Shown here: positions 50,940-62,579 of the stretch, piece by piece
Position numbering within the stretch: position 1 is the stretch's first letter
Layout of the letters: each line of letters starts with the position of its first letter
Source: Heptranchias perlo
Taxonomy: Eukaryota
DNA: 64,000 nt
NCBI RefSeq assembly: GCF_035084215.1
Contig: NC_090337.1
Location: forward strand, 54,498,001-54,562,000
Reading direction: 5' to 3'
Notes under the pieces: generated by a model
What the model was told of the DNA's origin: nothing
What the model saw: only the letters and a program-made list of their open reading frames with translations
Databases searched by the model: none
Program-made: the position numbers and the translations under genes

Positions 50940-53429
50940 TAGTGACAGTGGATGCCAGGACTTGCATTTTGTTCTGATCTCGGGCAAGCTGAGATCCCCG
51001 TCTCACAATCCGCCTTTTTAAACTGCTGCCTACACAAAGCTCCCCCAACACAGCCGACCAGGTAAAGTCACTAAAGCAGTTTTCTGAGCAGCTCTCCCAG
51101 CTTTGAATCTGCCCCGCTGTACAAAGGTGGGGAATTGAGGTTACCAGTAGCCTCACAGTGACTAGGTACTGGCAGGGGAGCCAAGGCAACTGGCCCAATC
51201 CAAACACCAGTTGGCTGAGCCCAGCAGACTCAGCACAGACCGTGGATTGAACCCGGGACGCTGTCGTCTGTATAACTCACTTCTACACTGGCTGTAGCTC
51301 ATGGTGACAGAGGATCGTAGTTAATGAAAAAAAAGAAATCTAAGCCTTAGGTCTCGAGGCTTGACACCTCTGAAAAAAATATAGCAAGCCACTTCAAAAA
51401 TAAAAATCTGAAATCAATTTTTTTTTGTTTAATAAAAAAAACTAAATGTTGGCAAACCTGACAAAATTGGCATGATACAAAGTGGATTCTCATTTAAAAA
51501 AAAACAATTGCAAGGGCTTCCAGGGGTTTAAAAGGAAACATAAAAACATTCTTTTAATAAAATGTGCCCTCATTCCTCCATTCAATCGAGTCACTGGGCA
51601 CTAACTAAGCAGTAGTCTGCCACCGAGTCTAACCCGCTGCCCACAGGCATTGTGGAGGCTTGCAGACTTGGCAAAGGAAGCAGAACTCGCTTATTCTTCC
51701 TCCAAAATAAACAACTTGTGATGATTTTTAAGTAGTTGGATGCCACTGCAGTTCTGAGGGAGCGTTCAGTGTCTGATGTACTATCCTTTGATTGGGATGT
51801 TAATTAGAGGTCTTGTCTGTCCATTCCCCTGGTTCAGGTGCATGTTGGAGTGTTTGGGGCTGCATTCACTGGCATTTTTATAATCTTGGTTGAGAGTTTA
51901 GAAATTTAGTAGGAAAACAAACGTTCAAGAACCACATCTGTGTATACTGCCCATTTGGACCAAACTTTCCACACTACTCTGTTGAATTGTTCAGAGAAGG
52001 TTAAACAAACTAAATTGAACACTGGCGCCTCAAACGATTACTGCTGTACATTACCGAAGGTTGTATATTCCACTTTACTCTGCAAAATCATCTAAAGTGT
52101 GCAAAAAGAAAATCTATTCCAAGAGTTAGGGGTTCTCCCCGTGTCCTGGCTGTTCCTTCCTCAACCAGCACCACAAATTAACCGATCGTTCACCTCATTG
52201 GTGTTTGTGGGATCTTGCCATGGACAAAATGGCTGCTGTCTTTGCCTGCGTACGAGCAGTCACTGCACTTTGTAGGAAATGATGTTAAACCAAGGCCTTA
52301 TCTGTCCATTCAGGTGGATGTCAAAGATCCTGTAGGACTGTTCGAAGAAGGGCAGAAAGTTCTTCCGTTGTCCTAACGAACATTCCTCTCCCAACCAATG
52401 CCATCAAAACAGATCAATGGGTCATTCAGCTCACTGCTGTTTGTGGGATCTTGTTGTGCCCACATTGGCTGCTGTATCTGCATACTTAACAATAACTGCA
52501 CTTCAAAGGTAAATCATGTGGTGTTTTTTGATGTTCTTTAGCGATGTGATAAAATACTATTTAAGTAATCCTTTCTTTTAACTTTTTGATCACATCAAAC
52601 CAACTTGAAAACAAAGCCATGTCCAACTCAGTAAATGTGTGGAATTGCTCGTCATCTGTTTAATAATTTTGGTAGGTCATGGGCAAATCAAATTGCCTGA
52701 CTGGATGCTTCAACCCAGAAAAGGAAGCTCTTCACTATCAGGTTCACATGTATTACATTATTGTAAAACTCTTGAGGACAAAAAGAGTAACCATTATCTC
52801 TCAGCAAACTGCTCCAGTACCTTTTATCATAGTCATTCTTTCTTAAACACTACGCAGCAGACTGCAACTGGCTGATATGAAGATGGACGAGACATTCCTA
52901 CTTAACCCTTTCTTTACTTTCCAAGTCAATCTTCGACAAAGAGTCTTTCAAATCACAGAACAGCCTGATGCCCATTGCAAGCATTAGTTTTAAGGGTTAC
53001 ACCTGCACAAAGCAGGGCACACAATCATTTTCTACTCCAGAGAAAGCTGCTCTGAGGGTCAAAGCATTGACTGAGCAAGGTCAAAACAAGGCCATACCCA
53101 TCTCATCAGAAGACAATAAAAGCACCACCTCCAGAGAAATATGAAAGGCTGAGCACAATGTTAAAGTCATTGCAACACAATCTCAAGGCTGACTATAGGA
53201 ATATCACAAAGTATATCGGTGGAAAGACATGAACATCACACACTCTATAAATCAGGCAGCCTCTGTGAGCCATCTAAAAACAGCACCTTTGTGTCTACAA
53301 AGGGGCAAGTCTTCCCCATCCTTTCCTGAAGGTGTTGATTCTTGCTAGGGTGCAGATCCAATGGTTGCAGCAGCCATCTTGTACCTTGTCGTAAAGGTTA
53401 ATCTTCATGTGTGAACCCGGACACTGATG

Positions 53430-53966
53430 GAGGGGATTTGAACTCCTGGTCAGGATGCCAGCTAAGCAAGCGGTGGGGGAGGCAGGGAACACTCACCATT
53501 TAGCGGTAGCAGGAGGTTCGGCCAACTTTAATGGCCGGGCCTCATTTACATTTTGCTGGTCAGCTGCCCGCCCGGAAGGAAGAGAAAGAGGAGGTTGAAG
53601 ATTGGGCCGCCCAGAAGCCGCCCACGGGCACTCGGGTAAGTTGCGGGGAGCGGTGGGGGGTGCTTCGGCAGCATCTCACAGGTGGGAAGGGTGGGAGCCC
53701 AGGGCAGCAGTGGCCCAGACTTTCCTGGTGGGGCCTGGATGTGCACTCCTGTTCCTCCTACCTTACAGACCCTCATCTTCCTGCAGAACAGGTTTCACTG
53801 AGCTAGGTAGCCTAAGCGGGGCCCATCGGGATCCCATGATTCAGGCGGGAGCCCAAAATAGCGGCCTTGAAATCACCATGGGGCAAAAATGGAGCGGAAA
53901 ATCGAACTGCTCTATTATAACCCTCGCTCGGTGCGGTTTCCATAGGTGGGGGCAGTTAAACTTTCC
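53430..53966. mobile_element. GC-rich MITE-like insertion splitting a SINE
   Basis: Host SINE reads GGACACTGA|...|GAGTGTCAGCAG. The insert has weak inverted ends (GGGGATTTGAACT / AGTTAAACTTTCC) and a possible TGA duplication. Confidence 0.45.
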
Positions 53967-56009
53967 TGAGAGTGTCAGCAGCCTATTTGACTGTGATGGG
54001 CATAAGAGCCTAACTTCATTCATGACAGGTTCATGCGCACAGTTTTCAGGAGGGGTCACTGGATAGGAATCAAGGGCTGGAAGCCTGGCTACCCTTGGGA
54101 GCAGCTGAGGTGAACTGTTGCACCCTAACTGCTGCCCTGGATGAGATCTGTCAACTCAACACATGTTGGGAATAGAACCTGGGACTTTTTGGTCTCTATT
54201 ACTTTGTGCTACACCAAGCTGGACAGTGTCTTTGTCGACTGGGCCATTGAGTGAACTGGTGGTGTTACAACGAGGATAATATATGCTGATTTTATTAAGA
54301 GAGGAAACTATAAGCAATATAAATTGTACCCGCTGTCATATTGCACAGGAAGTTACACCTCAGGAGTGATATAATAAAGAAAGTAACGGATGCTGTATCT
54401 ATGTACATTAGAAAAGAGGCAATTTCTCACTGATATTTGTAGATCCTAAAATTCATGCTCACAAGCGAATGGCAAGATAACCATGCTTGCTATACCAGAG
54501 ATAACCACTAGATGGCCCTACATCCACGCTGCTGATTACACTTTACTGTTCGGTTTGGTCATCTCAAAAATCCAGGAGAAAACCAACAACAGCATAACTC
54601 AAGGAAAATCTGCAGAGCTCGCTGCTGGGTCGGCAGGTTCATCCAGCGAGCCACGGAGACCAGGAAGGTCCCAAGTTCGATCTGCGGTCTGCACGGTGTC
54701 AGCTGATCTCAGCTGGGGTGATGGTAGTAGGGATGGTAGTAGGGATGGTAGGGGAGGGGCAAATCAGTGCCTACTTCTGATCATAATCCGGCCACCTCAA
54801 CTGAGGAGACAGGATCAGCCTTGGCCATGGTGCCTCTCCTGCCCCCTCCCCCAACCTCAACTGTGTTCAAAGAGCCTGCTGACATTTACCATCGAGAGTT
54901 ATGCGAATATAGGAGCGGGAGTTGGCCATTCAGCCCCTCGAGCCTGTTCTGCCATTCAATGAGATCATGGCTGATCTGTATCTTGGCTCTATATCCCTTA
55001 ATACCCTTGACTAGAAAAAATCTATCGATCTCAGATTTAAAATTATTAATTGAATTCGCATCTACTGCTTTTTATACATGAAGAATGGCCCAGTGTCAAT
55101 GGAACAATACCCAATAGAATCCACAAAGGATTAATGTTGCTGGAGAAAAATAGTTCACAGAGAGCACTTGTAGATTGTGACGCACCAAATGGTTATGGCC
55201 TTACAAATCTGAGTGCAAATGCACGGGCCAAAACCTTTTCTCTTTTAAGGAATTCAAAGGAGTTGGGCCATTTGGCCTACTGAAACTGATCCTTCCATCA
55301 CAGCATCCAACTGTACTTTTGATAACCCTGGTGTTTCTGTCTCCCTGCCTGGCAGATTATTCCAAATATTTACCACTCTTTAAATAAAGGAGCTCTGCTT
55401 GATGCCGGTTTTAAATTTACTTTTTACTCATTTCTATTTGCGTCCTCTCGTTCTGCTTTCCTTACTTTGAAGTAACATTCTGGGTTGACTTTGTCTATCT
55501 AAAGCATTTAATATTTCAGGTACCTTGGTAAGATTCTTTCCCCTCCCCTATAAACACCTTCTTTCTGGTCTGTAAAGGTGAGGCACCTCAGGCCTTTCTG
55601 TGTCGCTCATGCCCTTTGCACTTGGCATCAGTCTTGTTGCTCTTCTCTGGACCTTTTCCAATTTGCACATATGTTTTCTGTGGCACGGTGATCAAGACTG
55701 AACACAGTACTCGGAATATATTATAAAGCCTTAGGAGGACTTGTAAAAGAACATATGGGATGGGACCATCATTATGTCCCAGATTCTACTCCAGCTCTTT
55801 TCCCACCAAAATAGGAATTGGGAGCGGGAGGGGTGGAGAAATAAAGAAAGACTTGCATTTATATAGCACCTTTCATGACCTCAGGACGTCCTTTGACGTA
55901 TAGTCACTGTTGTAATGTAGGGAAACACGGCTAATGGCCTTGGGGTTAGGTCAATACTTTCTCTGCCACAGCATAGGTTTGAGACGTGATCAGGATGTTT
56001 GCCTTTCTT

Positions 56010-56410
56010 CCCCACTCCAGCACAAAAATCTAGGCTGACACTCCAGTGCAGTACCAAGGGAGCGCTGCAATACCAGAGGTGTCGTCTTTTGGATAAGACG
56101 TTAAACCGAGGCTCCATCTAGCCTCTCAAAGTGGACGTAAAAGATCCCATGGCTCTATTTCGAAGAAGACTAGGGAAGTTCTCCTGGTATCCTAGTCAAT
56201 ATTTATCCCTCAACCAACATCAATAAAACACAGTTTTTCTGGTCATTATCACATTGTTGTTTGTGGGACCTTATTGTACACACATTGGCTGCCATGTTTC
56301 CTAGAGTACTACAATGACTACACTTCAAAAGTATTTAATTGGCTGTAAAGCACTTTGGGACATTGTGAGGTCATGAAAGGCGCTATATAAATGCAAGTTC
56401 TTTCTTCCTT
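56010..56410 (+). mobile_element. Deu-type SINE copy
   Basis: Same body and tail as 35145-35608 in the opposite orientation. Confidence 0.8.
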
Positions 56411-56786
56411 TTTTTTCCTAGTCTTTGAATTGTTTCAAAGGTATGACTTAGGCCACGTGAAAAGATTCTCAATTTATTCAACAGGTACTCAATTTCAGAT
56501 TAAAAAGTGGACAACAAAACACTTTCAACTGATTGTTAACTGTCCAGTTGGGATGAGGGTTGAGTCCAGATCGTTCAGAGCTGTCATTCTCTGCCAACTG
56601 CTCTTCACACTGAACTTCAGTTTGCTGAGACACAATTGGCAACCAACAGGGTTGGAATTCCTACTAATGAGATCATTTGAGATTATTCTCCTTCAACCAA
56701 CCCTCCCCCACCACCCATGAAAGGAATCAAAGTGGATCAATTTTTAAACACAAAGCAGAAAACATGATTTATATTAATGCACATTT

Positions 56787-56990
56787 CTGGGGGACTGGTT
56801 GGTACTGTGGATTCGATGAAGAGGCTTAGGTTTGAATCTGTGATAGCCTTCTCTATCTGGTGGTTGCAAGGGTCCTATGTGAAATGAGCATGGGCAGTAT
56901 CAACCCAGTTCCCAGTCGTCATGGGCTCACAGCACAAAGCAGTCCCCAGTTTAGCACTAGATTGGCAATCTCTCACTCAGAGAGGCTACA
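56787..56990 (+). mobile_element. LF-SINE-like element
   Basis: CCTATGTGAAATGAGCATGGGCAGTATCAACCCAGTTCCCAGT...CACAGCACAAA...GCACTAGATTGGCAATCTC resembles the LF-SINE body as I recall it (not aligned). Confidence 0.55.
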
Positions 56991-57924
56991 GAATGGCTGC
57001 TTTGGGAAACTTACGAACATGGGTATCTAGGCAGCTATGGGATGCTTTTCCACCACTCCCTCTCCCAAAGGCATCACCTCAAGTTGCATTGTGCATCCCT
57101 GGGGTCTCCCCTTCACGATCCCAGGGGCTTTGAGGCCCTTGACTACTGCCCAGGATGAGTTAAGACATGCACAAAGAATTACTTAGAATGTACAGCACAG
57201 AAACAGGCCATTCGGACCAACAGGTCCATGCCGGTGTTTATGCTCCTCATGAGCCTCCTCCCACCCCTCTTCATCTCATCCTATCAGCATATCCTTCTAT
57301 TCCTTTCTCCCTCATGCTTTTATCTAGCTTTCTCTTAAATGCATCTATGCTATTCACCTCAACTACTCCTTGTGGTTGCGAATTCCACATTCTTGCCACT
57401 CTCTAGGTAAAGAAGTTTCTCCTGAATTCCCTATTGGATTTACTAGTGACTAACTTACATTTATGGCCCCTTCACATTTACTTCGCAACAGTAATAGGTT
57501 CTTAGAACCAAAACAGTGCTGACTTGTAACTTTCAACATCTTGAACATCTTTCTCACATGGCCACTGCGATCCTGATTAACCTTCAGGGTAGACAATCAG
57601 CTTTCGCTGATGTGGCCACTTACTGCCTTGGAGCAGGAGTACCTTGAAAGTATGTTGGCACCGTGCCTTGGTTCTGAGCTGTGAAGCACTTCTGAATTTT
57701 TACGCAACTCAAATCATAAAATACCCAACGTCATCAACACCGCCACCCTGCGACTCAGCAAGAAGCACATTGCAGGGCCACGAGTCTAAAGAGAGCACAG
57801 GATAATTGATTTAAAAGTTTGCCAATGGAATATATTCTTATTTTGAAGCTCAAATGCACTGTAGCGGGTCATGCTTTGCCCTCAGGTTTTCCGGAATGGA
57901 AATTCCTCTGCAGGAGAAACAACA

Positions 57925-58875
57925 TTTACCAGAAAGATACCAGGGATGAGAGACTTCAGTTATGTGGAGAGACTGGAGAAGCTGGGATTGTTCTCCCTAG
58001 AACAGAGAAGCTTAAGGGGAGATTTAATAGGTGTTCAAAATTATGAGGGGTTTTGATAAAGTAAATAAGGAGAAACTGTTTCCACTGGCAGGAGAGTCAG
58101 TAACCAAAGGACACAGATTTGAGGTAATTGGCTAAAGAACCGGAGGGAAGATGAGGAGACATTTTTTTACGCAGTGAGTTGTTATGATCTGGAATGCACT
58201 GCCTGAAAGGGTGGTGGAAGCAGATTCAATGTAACTTTCAAAAGGGAATTGGATATAAAATTGAAAAGAAACAATTTGCAGAGTTATGGGGAAAGAGCAG
58301 GGGAGTGGAACTAATTCGAGAGCTCTTTCAAAGAGCTGACATAAGCAAGACGGGCTTGAATGGCCTCCTTCTGTGCTGTATGATTTTATGAACTAGGTGA
58401 AGGAGTCTCAGTATTGACTATGAAATGTGTTTCTCACTACATGCATTCTCTCTATTAAAACTGAAGTCTATTAAAAGTAAGAGATCACATCAGCTCTCCA
58501 TTATAGTGTATTTAATGTTAAAAGGATTTGATAAGGTAGATACGGAGAAACTATTTCTTCTGGTGGGGGAAATCAAGATCAAAGGGACATAAATTTAAAA
58601 TCGGAGATAGGCCAGTCACGAGTGAAATCTTGAAGTACCTTTTCCACACAAAGGGGAGTAGAAATCTCAAACTCTCTTCTCTCCCCATCCGCCCCTCCCC
58701 TGCCCCCGCAAAAGGCTGTGAATGCTGGGACAATTGGAGCTTTCACAACTGAGATCTATAGATTTTTGTTAGGTAAGGTTATCAAGGGATGTGGAGCAAA
58801 GGTAGGTAAATGAGTTGAGGTGCTAATTGAATGGCGGAACAGGCTCGAGGGGCTGAACGGCCTATTCCTGTTTCT
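57925..58875 (+). mobile_element. Two adjacent CR1 3' fragments (57925-58390, 58515-58875)
   Basis: FTRKIPGMRDFSYVERLEKLGLFSLEQRSLRGDL and CR1-type tails. Confidence 0.82.
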
Positions 58876-59302
58876 AATGTAGAATTACCAATACTGTGTA
58901 GAAAAATTAACATAGAAAAATTCAATATCATGAGTTGCCATGTGAAAGACCCAGCTAAAGTACGGTCCTCAGTCATCAAGGTTGTGTTGCAGGCTTTAAG
59001 TGAGCCACTTTAGTGGTACACACACAGTTATGTGCCCTGACACCAACTTTCGTGCCAATATCTCGATTTTTTTATCCATCCATGGCATGGAGCAAGGGTG
59101 AAAAAGCTTTGTGATTGCCATCATGATCAAATGTCTACATGTACTAAGAGCAAAAAATATAGGGAGTCCACGTAATGCTGAATAATATTTTAGTGTCGAG
59201 TGTCGGTGTGCAAGTGCACGCCTAGGATTTAAAAAAATTTTTTTTATTATTCGTTCACGGGATGTGGGCGTCGCTGGCAATGCCGGCATTTATTGCCCAT
59301 CC

Positions 59303-62209
59303 CTAATTGCCCTCGAGAAGGTGGTGGTGAGCCGCCTTCTTGAACCGCTGCAGTCCGTGTGGTGACGGTTCTCCCACAGTGCTGTTAGGAAGGGAGTTCC
59401 AGGATTTTGACCCAGCGACAATGAAGGAACGGCGATATATTTCCAAGTCGAGATGGTGTGTGACTTGGAGGGGAACGTGCAGGTGGTGTCGTTCCCATGC
59501 GCCTGCTGCCCTTGTCCTTCTAGGTGGTAGAGGTCGCGGGTTTGGGAGGTGCTGTTGAAGAAGCCTTGGCGAGTTGCTGCAGTGCATCCTGTGGATGGTG
59601 CACACTGCAGCCACAGTGCGCCGGTGGTGAAGGGAGTGAATGTTTAGGGTGGTGGATGGGGTGCCAATCAAGCGGGCTGCTTTATCTTGGATGGTGTCAA
59701 GCTTCTTGAGTGTTGTTGGAGCTGCACTCATCCAGGCAAGTGGAGAGTATTCCATCACACTCCTGACTTGTGCCTTGTAGATGGTGGAAAGGCTTTGGGG
59801 AGTCAGGAGGTGAGTCACTCACCGCAGAATACCCAGCCTCTGACCTGCTCTTGTAGCCACAGTATTTATATGGCTGGTCCAGTTAAGTTTCTGGTCAATG
59901 GTGACCCCCAGGATGTTGATGGTGGGGGATTCGGCGATGGTAATGCCGTTGAATGTCAAGGGGAGGTGGTTAGACTCTCTCTTGTTGGAGATGGTCATTG
60001 CCTGGCACTTATCTGGCGCGAATGTTACTTGCCACTTATCAGCCCAAGCCTGGATGTTGTCCAGGTCTTGCTGCATGCAGGCTCGGACTGCTTCATTATT
60101 TGAGGGGTTGCGAATGGAACTGAACACTGTGCAGTCATCAGCGAACATCCCCATTTCTGACCTTATGATGGAGGGAAGGTCATTGATGAAGCAGCTGAAG
60201 ATGGTTGGGCCAAGGACACTGCCCTGAGGAACTCCTGCAGCAATGCCCTGGGGCTGAGATGATTGGCCTCCAACAACCACTACCATCTTCCTTTGTGCTA
60301 GGTATGACTCCAGCCACTGGAGAGTTTTCCCCCTGATTCCCATTGACTTCAATTTTACTAGGGCTCCTTGGTGCCACACTCGGTCAAATGCTGCCTTGAT
60401 GTCAAGGGCAGTCACTCTCACCTCACCTCTGGAATTCAGCTCTTTTGTCCATGTTTGGACCAAGGCTGTAATGAGGTCTGGAGCCGAGTGGTCCTGGCGG
60501 AACCCAAACTGAGCATCGGTGAGCAGGTTATTGGTGAGTCAGTGCCGCTTGATAGCACTGTCGACGACACCTTCCATCACTTTGCTGATGATTGAGAGTA
60601 GACTGATGGGGCGGTAATTGGCCGGATTGGATTTGTCCTGCTTTTTGTGGACAGGACATACCTGGGCAATTTTCCACATTGTCGGGTGGATGCCAATGTT
60701 GTAGCTGTACTGGAACAGCTTGGCTAGAGGCGCAGCTAGTTCTGGAGCACAAGTCTTCAGCACTACAGCTGGGATGTTGTCAGGGCCCATAGCCTTTGCT
60801 GTATCCAGTGCACTCAGCCGTTTCTTGATATCACGTGGAGTGAATCGAATTGGCCGAAGACTGGCTTCCGTGATGGTGGGGATATCGGGAGGAGGCTGAG
60901 ATGGATTATCCACTCGGCACTTCTGGCTGAAGATGGTTGCAAACGCTTCAGCCTTGTCTTTTGCACTCACGTGCTGGACTCCGCCATCATTGAGGATGGG
61001 GATGTTTGCAGAGCCTCCTCCTCCCGTTAGTTGTTTAATTGTCCACCACCATTCACGACTGGATGTGGCAGGACTGCAGAGCTTTGATCTGATCCGTTGG
61101 TTGTGGAATCGCTTAGCTCTGTCTATAGCATGTTGCTTCCGCTGTTTAGCATGCATGTAGTCCTGAGTTGTAGCTTCACCAGGTTGGCACCTCATTTTTA
61201 GGTACGCCTGGTGCTGCTCCTGGCATGCTCTTCTACACTCCTCATTGAACCAGGGTTGATCCCCTGGCTTGTTGGTAATGGTAGAGTGAGGAATATGCCG
61301 GGCCATGAGGTTACAGATTGTGCTGCAATACAATTCTGCTGCTGCTGATGGCCCACAGCGCCTCATGGATGCCCAGTTTTGAGCTGCTAGATCTGTTCTG
61401 AATCTATCCCATTTAGCACGGTGGTAGTGCCACACAACACGTTGGATGGTGTCCTCAGTGCGAAGACGGGATTTCATCTCCACGAGGACTGTGCGGTGGT
61501 CACTCCTACCAATACTGTCATGGACAGATGCATTTGCGACAGGTAGATTGGTGAGGACGAGGTCAAGTAAGTTTTTCCCTCGTGTTGGTTCGCTCACCAC
61601 CTGCCGCAGGCCCAGTCTAGCAGCTATGTCCTTCAGGACTCGGCCAGCTCGGTCAGTGGTGGTGCTACCGAGCCACTCTTGGTGATGGACATTGAAGTCC
61701 CCCACCCAGAGTACATTTTGTGCCCTTGCTACCCTCAGTGCTTCCTCCAAGTGGTGTTCAACATGGAGGAGGACTGATTCATCAGCTGAGGGAGGACGGT
61801 AGGTGGTAATCAGCAGGAGGTTTCCTTGCCCATGTTTGATCTGATGCCATGAGATTTCATGGGGTCCAGAGTCAATGTTGAGGACTCCCAGGGCCACTCC
61901 CTCCTGACTGTATATCACTGTACCGCCACCTCTGGTGGGTCTGTCCTGCCGGTGGGACAGGACATACCCAGGGATGGTGATGGAAGAGCCTGGGACGTTG
62001 GCTGAAAGATATGATTCTGTGAGTATGGCTATGTCAGGCTGTTGCTTGACTAGTCTGTGGGACAGCTCTCCCAATTTTGGCACAAGTCCCCAGATGTTGG
62101 TAAGGAGGACCTTGCAGGGTCGACTGGGCTTGGTGTTTTGCCGTTGTCGTGTCCGATGCCGGGTGGTCCGTCCGGTTTTGTTCTTATTATGACTTTTCGT
62201 AGCGAGATT
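59303..62209 (-). pseudogene. APE-RT ORF (~968 codons) of the above element; two in-frame TGA stops, no frameshift
   Basis: ORF-track pieces 60539..62083, 59819..60463 and 59303..59818 are all in the same frame. They are separated by TGA at 60539-60541 (KRH*LTNN) and TGA at 59819-59821 (ILR*VTH, likely CGA>TGA). Confidence 0.9.
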
Positions 62210-62495
62210 TTACAACTGAGTGGCTTGCTCGGCCATTTCAGAGGGCAATTAAGAATCAACCACATTGCTGTGGGTCTGGAGTCACATATGGGCCAGACCG
62301 GGTAAGGGCGGCAGGCTTCCTACCCTAAAGGACATGAGTGAACCAGATGGGTTTTTACGACAATCCGGTAGTTTCATGGCCATCATTACTGATACTAGTA
62401 TTTTAATTCCAGATTTTTATTTAATGAATTGAATTTTAATTAATTAATTGAATTTTAATTAATTAATTGAATTTAAATTCGCCAGCTGCCGTGGC

Positions 62496-62579
62496 GGGAT
62501 TTGAACTCATGACTCTGGATTTTAGTCTAGGCCTCTGGATTACTAGTCCAGTAACATAACCACTATGCTACCATTCCCA
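62496..62579 (-). promoter_or_regulatory. tRNA-derived internal Pol III (type 2) promoter at the 5' end of the LINE
   Basis: A box TAGCATAGTGG; anticodon-arm-like CTGGA-CTAGTAA-TCCAG followed by a partial duplicate CTAGACTAAAATCCAG; B box GAGTTCAAATCCC. Confidence 0.8.

Larger units (their letters stand above)
59238..62579 (-). mobile_element. Near full-length single-ORF non-LTR retrotransposon (APE endonuclease + RT; tentatively RTE-X-like) with a tRNA-derived 5' head
   Basis: One reading frame 62209->59303. APE motifs: KVLLTNIWGL, ILTES, YRPP, VGDFN, LDLVL, SDH. RT motifs: [37 protein letters not shown]. 3' tail with AATAAA and an A-tract. A box at 62560-62570 and B box at 62496-62508. No ORF1 seen. 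Confidence 0.93.

Noticed and set aside
50521-51207. Gly/Pro-rich ORFs on both strands
   Set aside because: Translations of the G-rich tandem repeat; no splice or homology support.
59819-60541. Both in-frame stops in the LINE ORF are TGA: selenocysteine or programmed readthrough?
   Set aside because: The contexts fit single point mutations (likely TTA>TGA and CpG-decay CGA>TGA) at non-Cys positions, and I recognised no SECIS element.
62496-62579. Functional tRNA-Thr(AGT) gene
   Set aside because: The anticodon arm is partly duplicated, the acceptor and T stems are poor, and no T-run terminator follows. It is a retroelement head.
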